Source: Aureliella sp.
Lineage (GTDB): Bacteria; Planctomycetota; Planctomycetia; Pirellulales; Pirellulaceae
Direction: 5' to 3'
Assembly (NCBI GenBank): GCA_963691875.1
Contig: OY829846.1
Location: 3,328,001-3,392,000, forward strand
DNA: 64,000 bases
The notes under the pieces are model-generated. The model had not been told where the DNA came from and searched no databases. It saw only the letters and a program-made list of their open reading frames with translations. Position 1 is the stretch's first letter. Each line of letters opens with the position of its first letter. The position numbers and the translations under genes were made by a program. This document shows, one piece after another, positions 20,122 through 31,599 of the stretch.

Positions 20122-21603
20122 TTAGCTAGAGGGTTGCTTTCGCAGATCTAACCACTCGGAGTGGAACGTACCTTCGCGATCGAGCCGCTTATAGGTGTGT
20201 GCACCAAAGTAATCGCGCTGAGCTTGCAGCAAGTTCGCTGGCAGTCGCTCGCGACGGTAGCTGTCGTAGTATCCCAAAGCCGCAGAAAACGCTGGAGTCG
20301 GAACGCCAAGTTGCGTAGCTGCCATGATGACTGCTCGCCAAGCCGCTTGACTGTCGTCGATGATCTTTTTGAAGTAAGGGTACAACAACAAGTTCTCAAG
20401 ATCAGGCTGCTGGTCGAAAGCTTCCTTGATGCGATCCAAGAACTGAGCACGAATGATACAACCGCCACGCCACAGCAAAGCGCAGTCACCGTAGTTTAGA
20501 TCCCACCCGTGCTCCTTGCTGGCCGCCTGCAATTGCACAAAGCCTTGAGCGTAACTACAGATCTTCGAAGCGTACAATGCTTGACGCACTGCCTCAACGA
20601 ACGCCGCTTTGTTACCTACCAGGCTTGATGTTGCCGAAGCGAACTCTGGATTGTCGCCCTCGGCTGGACCTAGCAGAACTTTGCTGGCACGTGTGCGAGC
20701 ATCCTTCACCGCTGACAATCCACGCGCATAAACAGCGGTGGTAACCAGAGTGGAAGGTACACCCAAATCGAGAGCCAGCTGGCTCATCCACTTGCCCGTT
20801 CCCTTCGCACCCGCTGTATCCACGATTTGATCAACCAAGAATCCATCCGCTCCGGGCTGATCATCTTTCGCACTGAAGATATCGCGAGTGATCTCGATCA
20901 AGTAGCTCTGAAGCTCTCCGTTGTTCCAGTCATCAAAAACGTCATAGAGCTCATCATTGGTCAGACCAGCGACTTCTTTCAAGATCTGATACGCCTCGCA
21001 GATCAACTGCATATCTCCGTACTCGATGCCATTGTGAACCATTTTCACGTAATGACCAGCACCACGCGGTCCGACCCATTCGCAACATGGAATATCATTG
21101 TTGGGCCCAACTTTGGCACTGATGCCTTGGAAGATATCTTTCACCAGTGGCCATGCTTCCTTTGATCCACCTGGCATCAGACTCGGGCCCTTCAGGGCTC
21201 CTTCTTCACCACCAGAAACACCGCAACCAACGAACAGCATGCCTTTCTCTTCGACATACTTTGTTCGGCGTTCGGTGTTCGTGTAATGTTCGTTCCCGCC
21301 ATCGATGATCACATCGCCTGGCTCCAGATGTGGCAGCAAGGCTTCGATGATGGCGTCCACAGCTGGGCCGGCCTTAACCAGAGTCATTACCAGACGCGGC
21401 TTCTTGAGTGAGGCGACGAGTTCTTCGATCGTGTGACAGCCGACAAAATTCTTGCCTGCGGCGCGACCGTTGACCAAGTTGTCGACCTTCTCTGTAGTGC
21501 GATTGTAGACCGCGATGCGATTGCCTCGGCTCTCCACGTTCAGCGCCAAGTTTTCTCCCATCACGGCCAGGCCAATTAGTCCAAAATCACACTTCTCACT
21601 CAT
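20122..21603 (-). CDS. gnd: 6-phosphogluconate dehydrogenase (NADP+, decarboxylating)
   Basis: GLAVMGENL, IDGGN, VSGGEEGA, VKMVHNGIEYGDMQ and QAQRDYFGAH motifs. Start set at MSEK (21603). Confidence 0.97.
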   Translation of the reverse strand: MSEKCDFGLIGLAVMGENLALNVESRGNRIAVYNRTTEKVDNLVNGRAAGKNFVGCHTIEELVASLKKPRLVMTLVKAGPAVDAIIEALLPHLEPGDVIIDGGNEHYTNTERRTKYVEEKGMLFVGCGVSGGEEGALKGPSLMPGGSKEAWPLVKDIFQGISAKVGPNNDIPCCEWVGPRGAGHYVKMVHNGIEYGDMQLICEAYQILKEVAGLTNDELYDVFDDWNNGELQSYLIEITRDIFSAKDDQPGADGFLVDQIVDTAGAKGTGKWMSQLALDLGVPSTLVTTAVYARGLSAVKDARTRASKVLLGPAEGDNPEFASATSSLVGNKAAFVEAVRQALYASKICSYAQGFVQLQAASKEHGWDLNYGDCALLWRGGCIIRAQFLDRIKEAFDQQPDLENLLLYPYFKKIIDDSQAAWRAVIMAATQLGVPTPAFSAALGYYDSYRRERLPANLLQAQRDYFGAHTYKRLDREGTFHSEWLDLRKQPSS

Positions 21604-22343
21604 CTCGATCACTCTCTTTTGTGCTTGAGGAAGGCTGGGAACGAACCAGCACATTGTCTGTTTCTCGTATCGGTGGCGTCCTGCCCACTTCTGTACTTAA
21701 GGCGTCCTGCTCGCGTCTTACCAATCTGCCGCCGCAGTATCGGATCGGTGGCAGCCCGCCGCCAATTGCAAAACGGAACACGCTGACGCCGCAATCGAAG
21801 ACGAGCCTCGAGTCCGCGGCAGCAAGAGTTTCGCCCTATTTGTGCATAGCTGAACAGCTTGGCAGAGGGATAGTTTTTGGTCAACTACGTCGATTAGCCT
21901 AGGCCGCGCAAGCAGGGTGGATTCACCACTCCAGCAAGCGGTCTCGTGAGAAGCCACACCCAGTTATAGGTCTTGTGTCACCGCTTCAGAGTTCCAAGCT
22001 CCAAATCAAACTCCTTCGGCGGCCGAGCGCCGACAGTGGCTTGCTGCAACAACCCCAAGACGCAGAAAACTTTCCCGGTAAGCTGCAATCGCGTGAAAAG
22101 CGGCCGATACTATACGCCCAAGATCTGATCGCGGACACACCGCTTCCCAGCCGATTGGAATGGTCTGGACTCGGGTATCGAACCGAAGGGGCCATCCACT
22201 TCGTTCCAGCCCAACCGATTAGCCTCGAAGGCTCCATCACCACCACGGGCCGAAGGCATTCATGGCTTGGCAAAATCCTCTTTTTCCCTCAGTTCTAGCA
22301 AAGTAACGAGCCGACCCATCCGATACAATCGGTACACATAGCC

Positions 22344-22375
22344 TTGACGGAAAATGTTCGCACTCGTAGAACATT
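22344..22375 (+). promoter_or_regulatory. Putative sigma70 promoter for tRNA-Cys with overlapping inverted repeat
   Basis: TTGACG-17 bp-TAGAAC; AATGTTC-N9-GAACATT at 22353-22375. Confidence 0.4.
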
Positions 22376-22474
22376 GAGCCTGAGAAGTACTCTATGTCCC
22401 GAATGCCCAGCCTCCTATTTAGTCGGCGATTTCATCCGACGGATATTCAAGGCTGTAGACAAAACACAAAAGAA

Positions 22475-22547
22475 GGCGTCGTAGCCAAGTGGCTAAGGCA
22501 GTGGATTGCAAATCCATTATGCGCGGGTTCGACTCCCGCCGACGCCT
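22475..22547 (+). tRNA. tRNA-Cys (GCA), CCA not encoded
   Basis: Acceptor stem GGCGTCG/CGACGCC, D arm GCCAAGTGGCTAAGGC, anticodon arm GTGGA-TTGCAAA-TCCAT, T loop GGTTCGACTCC. Confidence 0.97.
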
Positions 22548-22860
22548 CTCTTTGTTTCTTTTCTTAAGTGGTACCCAATCGCGCCACCATTCGAATTTTC
22601 TCCTGACCAAACTCAACGGTCGAGGTTACGAGACCGTCAGCATACGTCGACGCCAGCTACATGGACTTCACTCACAGCATTTAAAGCCGAGGCCTAGCCT
22701 TGCCAAGTGAGCATCGCAAACACGAAACCCGTCTTCACTTATATAAGAAAGCAATAAGAGCGCTGAGTTACCGCAATCGCCCGAGCCGCTACTATCGCGG
22801 AGGTATTAGTGACTCTTAGAAACTCGTCGTACACAGTATCACTGCGTCGCTGGCCAATCA

Positions 22861-23985
22861 TTATTTGATTTCTTCCCGCTGCAACTTTCCATCTCCATCG
22901 CGATCCAGTTTTCCGAAACGCTTGGTCAGGGCTGGCATGTCGCGGCCCTTCGGATTGCCGATGAATTCTTTGAGCGTAATGAAACCGTCGCTGTTGCGGT
23001 CGCGGCTCCTGAAGAACTGATCCCGTGAGGGTCGTTTCGACGGCTCAGGATCTGTCTTGTTCTTTGTCGACTTGGATTTTTCAGGGTTTCCAGCCGAACT
23101 TGTGCTGCCAGGATAATCAGAGTTGATTTGCGAAAGGTGACTGAGCAGTTCCTTTTTCATTTCAGCATAGACTTCTGGAACTTTGGTCCGTAGATCATGC
23201 TCTTCGGCGGAGTCTTTGCTGAGGTCATACAGCGCAAGATCCGTTCGCTCTAATTCAGCAGCCAGGGCTGGCCAATCCGGAGAGTAATTTCGGCCGACAT
23301 CGCTCCAAAGCTTGTAATTTCCTTTGCGCACGCCGATGTTGCCCCAAAGTTCGAAAACCATGGTTCGCTCCGGAATCGGTTGCACAGCAGAATCTACCAA
23401 GTACGGCAATAGTGACATCCCACGCACTGGATTCTTCCCATTCGACTTTGGAACGGAGATTTCTGCAGCGTCTAGCAGGGTCGCGAAAACATCGCAGTGC
23501 ATGTCATTGCCACAGTTCTCAATCGAACCGCCATCGAACCAAACCGTTCGCTCATCTGCAATATGATCGCCATCTGTATCTCGGAACTTCCAGATGTGCG
23601 GTGGCGCTCCCACATAGACTGCACCCTCGTGAACTAAAACGCCCTCTGGAAACGGTACTTCGTCGGCAAATACAGTCGACTCATCGTAAGTTCCGTCTCC
23701 ATCGCAGTCGACCAACCGCAGCACACGATGACTTGGTTCTTCGAGTTGAACCGGTGCTTTTCTCGTGTCACCCGAACTGTCGGTGACGTAGAGCGCACCC
23801 TCGTCGTCGAACGCCATATGCATCGGCCGCTGGACCAATGGCGGCGCGGCGACCTACGTCAGTTCAAAGCCGTCGGGAATCTTAAATGTGTGAGGAGTAA
23901 TTGCTACGGTCTCAGCCGCGTCCGTTCTCACGTTGGCCAACGCGGCGAAAACGAGAAAAACGCAAACGCTGATGTGCTTGAACAT
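22861..23985 (-). pseudogene. Chimeric pseudogene: PVC-type heme-binding/dehydrogenase beta-propeller N-terminus fused to a sulfatase C-terminus plus EF-hands
   Basis: Signal peptide, FKIPDGFELT*VAAPPLVQRPMHMAFD (in-frame TAG at 23854-23856), DTDGDHIADER, then DVFATLLDAA...LYDLSKDSAEEHDL and DRNSDGFITLKEF. Confidence 0.75.
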
Positions 23986-24125
23986 ATCTACTGACGTGGT
24001 CTTACGTGAGCTTGCTTTTATTCTCTGGCCACTACCCCTGGCCCGCGGTGCTTCGTTTTGGAAGACGCCGGTTCTCTCGGTTTCGGTCAACGATTTCGCC
24101 GGAGCTTCACTTACGCACATGTGAT

Positions 24126-26081
24126 TCAGAATCTCCATCGATAAACCTCATTGCCATCTCTGTCGACCAGTCGGATTCGAGAGATCGTAATTTCCCCGGG
24201 CGCGTTTGAAGGATCAATGCGCACGGCAACGACTGGATTCTTAGCGGACCACGAAATTCTGTACTCGTGTGGTTTGCCGTCGTGCTGAACTTCGAAACTA
24301 CGACTGCGGTCGCGAAAGAATGCTGGGACAACTCCTTTCTCTTGCCAGAAGACTTGCCCGGAACCTCTGGATCTGGACGTCATCGTCACCTTCAGCACAA
24401 ACTCTTCCTGATTCAGTTCGGTCGGAAGTCTGAAGCTCAAGTGAGGATCTCGCCCGCCGCTGGTGACGATCAACGAACCCTCCTTTAATCCGAGCCTGCA
24501 CGTGCCGCCTGACTGCCAGCCTGCGACTGGCTTCGCTTTGCGCTGTGGCTTTTTCAGGTCCGACCCTTTCGATCGGCCGGTCGATTTGGGTTTTGCCTTC
24601 CCGATCATCTTTGGGTCATATTTCGCAGGATCGAATCGCGGATTCGGCAACGGAACAACGACATTCGTTTCTGCCAGGAACTGAGTAATCAGCTTGTCGA
24701 GCTCCTCTACTCGCCTTGGATTCTTACCTGCGAGATTCATCTGTTCGCCGATGTCGCTCCTCAGATTGAAGAGTTTGTAACTGTGCTTGCCCGGCGATTC
24801 GCCATGGAAGACGCGGATCAACTTCCAGTCTCCGGCGTGAACGCTGACCGAAGGCGGTAGCCAGTCCGGCACACGTGTCTGGTGGGGGAAGTAGGTGAAG
24901 ATGGCTTCTCGCTCCAGCGCCCTGCCTTGAAGAGCCGGCACTATGCTGATGCCATCGAATGATAGCTGGGACTCGATGCCCGTTAGCTGCAGCAGGGTCG
25001 GATAGAAATCGCAGCTCTGAATGATTTCACTGCTGCGAGTACCAGCCTGAACGTGGTCGGAATAAACGATAATCGCAGGACCGCGAACGCCGCCTTCCCA
25101 CATCGTCGCTTTTCCTCCGCGCAACGGCGCGTTGCTGGTGGGCGTTGTCCCGTCGACCTGGTTGTACATGTTTCCGCCGTTGTCCGAAGCGAACACGATA
25201 ATTGTGTGGTCGGAAATGTTCAGCCGGTCGAGCGTGTCGAGCAGCCTGCCCACTGCGTCGTCCATGCTTTCGATCATGGCAGCATACGTGGGGCTGCGCT
25301 GCGGGCCTGCCTTATCAACTTGTTCGCGGTACTTATCGATCAAATTTCGCTTCGCATCGAAAGGAGCGTGCACACTAAACATCCAATAGTTCAGAAAGAA
25401 CGGTTCATCGCGATGCTTTTCAATAAACGCGATAGCTTCTTCGGCCATCCGATCTTCGATGTGTTGATCAGGGATATCCGGATCGTGATCGAAGTCTTTG
25501 AACTTCCACGGTGCGACATAGCTTCCCGCTGGGCCGGGACCGGGATGATGCGGCACGTCAAAATCAAAACCATGTTGCAGAGGCGAATACGGTTCCGCGC
25601 CGAGGTGCCATTTTCCGAAATGGCCGGTCGCGTAGCCATGGTCTTTCAACATTTCCGCCAGTGTGTAGTACTTCGTCTCGAGCCGCGAGACCGATGTGAG
25701 TACAGTTGCCTTAGCCTCAGGCGGACCGATTGGTTTGGGTGTTGCCTTCAAGGTGACCTCTGGCAGATGACAACCCGGCGAGGTAATTCCATGTCGCGCG
25801 GGACTCAGGCCTGTCAATACGCTGGCCCGTGTCGGTGAACAGAGTGGGCTAGCTGAATACGCTCGTGTGAACGTCATCCCACGCGCAGCGAGACGTTCGA
25901 TGCTCGGGGTTTTGTAGAACTGCGTGGTACCGAAAAGAGTTGTGTCACTCCAACCGAGATCGTCGGCAAGAATCAACAAGACGTTGGGTCTTCGCGCAGG
26001 TTCGGCCCCTATTGCAGTCGTCGCCAGCAAGAAAATCGCGACCAGGAAGACAAATGAGATCGATGTCCGTCTTACTTTCAT
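24126..26081 (-). CDS. Sulfatase (Cys-type, FGly-dependent) with C-terminal accessory domain
   Basis: [29 protein letters not shown] and SDNGG motifs; signal peptide. Confidence 0.92.
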   Translation of the reverse strand: MKVRRTSISFVFLVAIFLLATTAIGAEPARRPNVLLILADDLGWSDTTLFGTTQFYKTPSIERLAARGMTFTRAYSASPLCSPTRASVLTGLSPARHGITSPGCHLPEVTLKATPKPIGPPEAKATVLTSVSRLETKYYTLAEMLKDHGYATGHFGKWHLGAEPYSPLQHGFDFDVPHHPGPGPAGSYVAPWKFKDFDHDPDIPDQHIEDRMAEEAIAFIEKHRDEPFFLNYWMFSVHAPFDAKRNLIDKYREQVDKAGPQRSPTYAAMIESMDDAVGRLLDTLDRLNISDHTIIVFASDNGGNMYNQVDGTTPTSNAPLRGGKATMWEGGVRGPAIIVYSDHVQAGTRSSEIIQSCDFYPTLLQLTGIESQLSFDGISIVPALQGRALEREAIFTYFPHQTRVPDWLPPSVSVHAGDWKLIRVFHGESPGKHSYKLFNLRSDIGEQMNLAGKNPRRVEELDKLITQFLAETNVVVPLPNPRFDPAKYDPKMIGKAKPKSTGRSKGSDLKKPQRKAKPVAGWQSGGTCRLGLKEGSLIVTSGGRDPHLSFRLPTELNQEEFVLKVTMTSRSRGSGQVFWQEKGVVPAFFRDRSRSFEVQHDGKPHEYRISWSAKNPVVAVRIDPSNAPGEITISRIRLVDRDGNEVYRWRF

Positions 26082-26559
26082 ATAGCTGTAATGCTCTCGA
26101 CTCAGGCGGCGTTAATGTTACTTCGTTCTAATGAAAACCGAATTTGGCGTCTCACTGCCATTTTGCACCGGCCCTAAAATTCTCTTCAGTGCACCTGAAG
26201 ATAGGGTGCAGTATAATTCTCGAAATCCGGCTCAAGCCACCAGGACGCGGCGACGAAGAACGAGTCTAGCGCATTTTATTTTTGTTTGCTGAAGGTATCG
26301 TTAGCGACGCATGGTACACCTTGTTCATTCCCAAGTACGCCGTGGCGACGAAACAGACAGCTTTGTTTCTCAGATCCTCCATTTATCCATATCCTAGCGA
26401 AAAGTGGTTCCATTCCCCGAAGGCCATCGCAAGTTCTTGAACCCTAGCATCGCCGTAAGATCATCCATGAATTACGATGAAAACAGGGTCGCTGCCCGCG
26501 ATTCAAAGGAATTCTTGATCAAACCTAAAAGCAAACAGCATGTGTCGAAGGAAGCAAAT

Positions 26560-27837
26560 ATGAGCCGAATCGAGCGTCGCAGTTTTCTGCGCGGCCTTGG
26601 CGTTTCAATTGCATTACCGTCTTTTGCTTCTCTGCGAGCTGAGGCAAGACTAATTGAAAGTGCAAATGCCAAGCGCTTCGTATGCGTATCCCCAAACTAC
26701 GGTATGCACCCCAGCGGTTTCTTTCCGGAGAAAACCGGGGCGGACTACAGCATGCCAGCTCTACTGCAGCCCTTGCAGTCACATCGAGCCGATTTGACCG
26801 TCTTTAGCAACCTTGATCATCCTGGCGTTGGCGGTGGTCATGGTTGTTCGAACACTCTGCTCAACGGCGTCGAACTGAAAGACGTCAAAGAGCAGCCGCA
26901 ACGCCTTCATTCACTCGACCAGTTGCTCGGCGAGAAGATCGGGCGCGCGACAAGATTCCCGACGCTGGCGCTGGGCAGTAGTGGAGTTTCTTGGTCCCGC
27001 GCGGGGATCAAGTTGCCGACCGAGGCTAATCCGGCGCGCGTTTTTGCGAAGCTGTTTGTCGATGACAATACGAAACTGAAACAGCAGACTCGACAATTGC
27101 TTGATGAAGACGCTAGCATTCTGGATGTCGTGCTACAGGACGCAAAACGTCTTGAAGAACGACTCGCGAAGGCAGATAGAAACAAACTCGAACAGTTCCT
27201 AACGGCAATTCGCGAAGTGGAGCGCAAACTGAAACGTCAAGCGGACTGGATCGATATTGCCAAGCCCAGAGCCAACGATGCGGTCATTCGAGGTGGCGAC
27301 GATGACGATACGATCGTAGACCTCGCCTACCCTTACAACACTTCGGTCATGTACGACTTGATGGTCCTCGCCTTACAGACGAATTCCACCAACGTGATCT
27401 GCTATGGCCACCCAGGAGGAAATCGCCTATTCCCGTTTGACGGAATCACCCTGGGATATCATTCCTTGACGCATCACGGCAAGCGTCCCGATCTGCTCAA
27501 GGAACTCACGATCATCGAGTCCTTTTATACGACGCAGTTTTCGCGATTCCTGACCAAACTAAAAGACACACCGGATTCGAGTGGACGATCGCTGCTAGAG
27601 TCAACCATAGTAATGTTCGGCAGCGGGATGGGGAACGCCAGCTCGCACTCCAGCCGCAACCTGCCGATCATGGTTGCTGGCGGTGGCATGAAGCATGGAA
27701 GCCACCATCGCTTCGAGCGGCAAGGGCGTGACGGTCGACCTCTATCCGACTTGTTTGTCACGATCCTCCAGCAACTTGGTATTGAACAAGAATCGTTCGC
27801 AACAAACAGTTCCAACCTGAATCACCTACTGACATGA
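26560..27837 (+). CDS. DUF1552 domain protein
   Basis: Twin-arginine-like RRSFLRG; YHSLTHHG and GNASSHSSRNLPIMVAGG motifs. Confidence 0.85.
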   Translation: MSRIERRSFLRGLGVSIALPSFASLRAEARLIESANAKRFVCVSPNYGMHPSGFFPEKTGADYSMPALLQPLQSHRADLTVFSNLDHPGVGGGHGCSNTLLNGVELKDVKEQPQRLHSLDQLLGEKIGRATRFPTLALGSSGVSWSRAGIKLPTEANPARVFAKLFVDDNTKLKQQTRQLLDEDASILDVVLQDAKRLEERLAKADRNKLEQFLTAIREVERKLKRQADWIDIAKPRANDAVIRGGDDDDTIVDLAYPYNTSVMYDLMVLALQTNSTNVICYGHPGGNRLFPFDGITLGYHSLTHHGKRPDLLKELTIIESFYTTQFSRFLTKLKDTPDSSGRSLLESTIVMFGSGMGNASSHSSRNLPIMVAGGGMKHGSHHRFERQGRDGRPLSDLFVTILQQLGIEQESFATNSSNLNHLLT

Positions 27838-30269
27838 GCCGTCTTGTTTCGCTATTGATAACATGTGCGTGGGTCTGCTCTGCTCAAGGGGAGGACGGCT
27901 CGGACGTCCTGGAACCATTCCTCGAGTCCTATTGCATCCGTTGCCACGGGCCTGAATCCCAAAAGGCTGATCGTCGCTTCGATCAACTTGCGATGCATGG
28001 AACAGAGCTTGCATCAGAGGATGCGGAACTGCTGCAAGAGATCCTCGACCAGCTGAACCTCGCGGCCATGCCACCAGACGAGGAGCCTCAGCCTTCCGAC
28101 GAGCAACTGAAACAGGTTGTGGCGGAGCTGACAAACATGCTTGCCAAAGCGCGCGAAGACGCCCGGGACCAAGTTGGCAGAGTGGTGCTCCGCCGACTGA
28201 ATCGTGCTGAGTACCGCAATACGATCCGGGATTTGTTTCAGCTGAACATGGTGGATTTCGATCCCACCATCACTTTTCCGACTGATGAATCCACCGATGG
28301 ATTCGACAATGTTGGTGAAGGGCTAGTCACATCCGATTATCTGCTCCGCAACTATCTCGATGCAGCTCACCAAGTAGCGGACAAAGTGATTCTGCCTGGC
28401 CCGCGTCCTGAGAAAATTCACTATCAAATGGGAGGCGAGGCAAGCTCTCCATCAGCGCCAGAGATCCTCAACGGCGTAGCGGTCGACAAGGAAGGCCGCA
28501 AAGAGGCAGGCCGTTTGTTCATCAAGTTTCGACAACCGCTCGGCCTGCCTCGGCTTGATAAGAAGCGAGGCGTTCCGGCCGACGGTGAATATGTCATTCG
28601 ATTGTCGGCGAGCGCGATACGCAGGAAATCGCGGTACAAGGATGAGGACCTGAGGTATAACTCGGACGAACCGATGCGGCTGTCGCTTTCGATCGACTCC
28701 CGTGAACTCGGGGCAACAGCTCATCGCATCATCAGCGAGTACGAAATTCCTGACGACAGGGTGATCGAGATTGAGCATCGGGTCTGGCTGGAAAAAGGAT
28801 TTACCTTTCACGCCCACTGGGCGAATGGTCCCAACGGATCCTTCAAGCGGATTTTGCGAAAGGTGTTGCCCAAGTACAACAAAGACGCTCTCTATCCCAT
28901 TCGCAACCCGCCGGAGATGTATGTGGGCTCGGGTCCGGAGCTGCATGTTCACACGCTAGAGATCGAAGGCCCCTTTTACGATCAGTGGCCGCCAGCTGGC
29001 TTTGCGAGGTTCTTTCCCGAGCCGCCAAAGAAACCCGATGCTGAATACCTAGACAAGTCGCTGATACGGTTCGCAGCTACAGCGTTTCGCAAGCCCATCA
29101 GCCAAGATGAAATAGAGCCGTATTTGCGCTTGGCCCGCGAGTATTTTGCCGAGCATGGTGACTTTTGGGCAGCGGCAAAGTACGGTCTTCGAGCCATCCT
29201 TACCTCGCCGAACTTCATTTATCTGGTTGAGGAAAATCCAAGCGATCCCTCAGACAGAAGGATCACCGAGCACGAACTTGCGTCGCGACTTTCGTACTTC
29301 CTTTGGAGTTCTATGCCGGATGATGAACTCCGTGATCTGGCCGATCGCGGCACTTTAAGCGACGCCAAGACACTGCGCGCCCAGGTTGAGCGAATGCTCG
29401 GCGATCCCAAATCAATCGCTTTCTGCGAGAACTTCACGGGGCAATGGCTGGGACTGCGAAAGTTAGGTGAAATGCCGCCCGATCCGGAAAAGAACCCGGG
29501 TTACTACGAGGACCAGTTAGAAGAGGCAATGCGTCGTGAAACTCAATTATTTTTCGCGCACGTGCTCCAAGAGAACCGAAGCATCATGGAGTTCGTCCAT
29601 GCGGACTACACATTTCTCAATACAGCGCTTGCTGGGCATTACTCATTGCCTGCAGTGCAACATAGAGGCTTCAAGAAAGTAGCTTTGCCTCCAAGTTCCC
29701 ATCGAGGCGGATTGCTTGGGCATGGCAGCATCTTGACCGCTACTTCCAACGGCGTTGAAACGCAGCCCGTCGTTCGCGGCGTATGGGTGCTCGAGAATCT
29801 TTTGGGGACACCGCCCAATCCACCGCCGCCGGATGTGGAACCGATCGAGCCCGACACGCGCGGTGTCGCCACGATCCGCGAACTAATGGAAAAACATCGA
29901 AACAACGCCACGTGTTACGAATGCCACCGCAAGATTGATCCGATCGGACTGTCACTAGAAAACTTCGATTACGTAGGCACTTGGCGGGAGCGTTACAGCA
30001 AGAAACTGCCAATTGATTCGTCGGGAGAACTGCCGGATGGTACAACGATCAAGGGTCCGGAAGGCATCAAGTCCTTTTTGCTCAGCCGGCCCGAGCAATT
30101 CACCCAATGCTTGACCGAGAAGCTAATGATCTACGCACTCGGCCGACGTCTGAGTTTTTCTGACCGTGACGACATCGATCGCATTGTCGCGGCCATGCCA
30201 GAACTGGAGTACGGTTTCCGCGAACTCATTCAGCAGATCGTCGCGAGTGAGGGATTCCACAGCAAATGA
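27834..30269 (+). CDS. DUF1592/DUF1588-family planctomycete cytochrome c protein
   Basis: CIRCH, LRRLNRAEYRNTIRDL, ELASRLSYFLWSSMPD, PVVRGVWV and CYECH motifs; ATGA overlap with the upstream gene. Confidence 0.9.
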   Translation: MSRLVSLLITCAWVCSAQGEDGSDVLEPFLESYCIRCHGPESQKADRRFDQLAMHGTELASEDAELLQEILDQLNLAAMPPDEEPQPSDEQLKQVVAELTNMLAKAREDARDQVGRVVLRRLNRAEYRNTIRDLFQLNMVDFDPTITFPTDESTDGFDNVGEGLVTSDYLLRNYLDAAHQVADKVILPGPRPEKIHYQMGGEASSPSAPEILNGVAVDKEGRKEAGRLFIKFRQPLGLPRLDKKRGVPADGEYVIRLSASAIRRKSRYKDEDLRYNSDEPMRLSLSIDSRELGATAHRIISEYEIPDDRVIEIEHRVWLEKGFTFHAHWANGPNGSFKRILRKVLPKYNKDALYPIRNPPEMYVGSGPELHVHTLEIEGPFYDQWPPAGFARFFPEPPKKPDAEYLDKSLIRFAATAFRKPISQDEIEPYLRLAREYFAEHGDFWAAAKYGLRAILTSPNFIYLVEENPSDPSDRRITEHELASRLSYFLWSSMPDDELRDLADRGTLSDAKTLRAQVERMLGDPKSIAFCENFTGQWLGLRKLGEMPPDPEKNPGYYEDQLEEAMRRETQLFFAHVLQENRSIMEFVHADYTFLNTALAGHYSLPAVQHRGFKKVALPPSSHRGGLLGHGSILTATSNGVETQPVVRGVWVLENLLGTPPNPPPPDVEPIEPDTRGVATIRELMEKHRNNATCYECHRKIDPIGLSLENFDYVGTWRERYSKKLPIDSSGELPDGTTIKGPEGIKSFLLSRPEQFTQCLTEKLMIYALGRRLSFSDRDDIDRIVAAMPELEYGFRELIQQIVASEGFHSK

Positions 30270-31579
30270 ACTTAATGAACCTCCCTCCTTTGAACCTTGC
30301 ACTTCTAACGACTTCAATCCTGTGCCATTCTTCTTCGCCGGTTCATGCAGATGAACGGCCCAATGTCATCCTCATCGTGGCCGATGATATTGGGTGTGAC
30401 TGGGTGAGTTGTTATGGTGCCGAGCATCGCACACCCAATGTAGATCGACTTGCGAGGGAAGGAGTGCGATACGAAACAGCTTGGTGTACCCCGAGCAGTA
30501 TGCCATCGCAAGTAACTCTGCTAACAGGTCAGTACCCATTTCGGCACGGCTGGACAGGCGACCACAACGTCGCTCAGCAGGGCGCAAAGGAGTTGAGCTC
30601 AGACAAGTTCACTACCCTTGCGCGGGCATTGAGTGCTTCGGGTTATGTGGCAGTTGTCGGTGGTCAGTGGCAAGTCAACCGTCTTCCCGAGCAATCGAAT
30701 GCACTTAAGAAACATGGCTTTGATGAGCACTGCGTTTACACGAATTTCAAGTCCCAAAAATTGAAGAACCAAGCTCAAAACTCGTCCAGCCAGATCATGA
30801 CCAATGGCCGCCTAAGCTCGTTTCCTAATGGCCCACAAACGATCAACTCCTTTTTGATTGATTTCATCACGCGTCCTAGAGCTCAACCCTTTCTCGTCTA
30901 CTACCCGATGATACTCACCGGCCCAGCAACCGCTTCGCCACGTAGCGATTCCAATGCGTCGGGTACATTGGCTGACGACGCGTTGCGTTTTGCAGAAGCT
31001 GTCACGCATATGGATCAGCTGGTCGGAGAGTTGATCGACGCGGTCGACAAGGCTGGACTCAGGCAGAATACACTGATCCTATTCACCAGTGACAATGGCT
31101 CTGCCGTGGCGGGCAGCTTTGATGGCAAACCATTCGAAGCCGGCAAAGGAAGTAAATCCGATTCGGGAGCCCACGTGCCGTTTATCGTGCGCGCACCATT
31201 TTTGACGGAAGGTGGCAGAGTATCGCGTGACTTGATCGACGCTACCGATCTATACCCGACATCTTTGGAGCTAGCGCAGGTCGATCCGCTAAGAGACCGT
31301 GAGTTAGATGGAAGATCATTTCTTCCCAGCCTTCGAGGTAGCGAAGATCCCTTCGAGAAACGGAACTGGATCTACTCTCAGCTTGGAGAGTTTCGAATGA
31401 TCCGGGACTGGCAGCATATCTTAGATAGCGACGGCAATTTCCACGATCTCACGAAGGATCCACTTCAGCAATCCGAAGTCAGTCTGCTCGACAAGATAGC
31501 GCCTGGTCGTCGACAACGTTTAGAAATGATTCTCAAACGTCTTCCTAAAGACGCTCCGGTTCCCTTTGGCGCTCGCTGA
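30266..31579 (+). CDS. Sulfatase-like protein with degenerate active site
   Basis: PNVILIVADDIG and FTSDNG are present, but the signature reads SMPSQ and GKW reads GQW. Confidence 0.8.
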   Translation: MNLMNLPPLNLALLTTSILCHSSSPVHADERPNVILIVADDIGCDWVSCYGAEHRTPNVDRLAREGVRYETAWCTPSSMPSQVTLLTGQYPFRHGWTGDHNVAQQGAKELSSDKFTTLARALSASGYVAVVGGQWQVNRLPEQSNALKKHGFDEHCVYTNFKSQKLKNQAQNSSSQIMTNGRLSSFPNGPQTINSFLIDFITRPRAQPFLVYYPMILTGPATASPRSDSNASGTLADDALRFAEAVTHMDQLVGELIDAVDKAGLRQNTLILFTSDNGSAVAGSFDGKPFEAGKGSKSDSGAHVPFIVRAPFLTEGGRVSRDLIDATDLYPTSLELAQVDPLRDRELDGRSFLPSLRGSEDPFEKRNWIYSQLGEFRMIRDWQHILDSDGNFHDLTKDPLQQSEVSLLDKIAPGRRQRLEMILKRLPKDAPVPFGAR

Positions 31580-31599
31580 AAAGCTTGATTCGATATCGC

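Noticed and set aside
21975..22298. 107 aa ORF between gnd and tRNA-Cys
   Set aside because: No recognisable motif or RBS; it may be a remnant but cannot be supported.
22548..22860. Integrase or att site next to tRNA-Cys
   Set aside because: No recombinase motifs, and no duplicate of the tRNA 3' end was found by eye.
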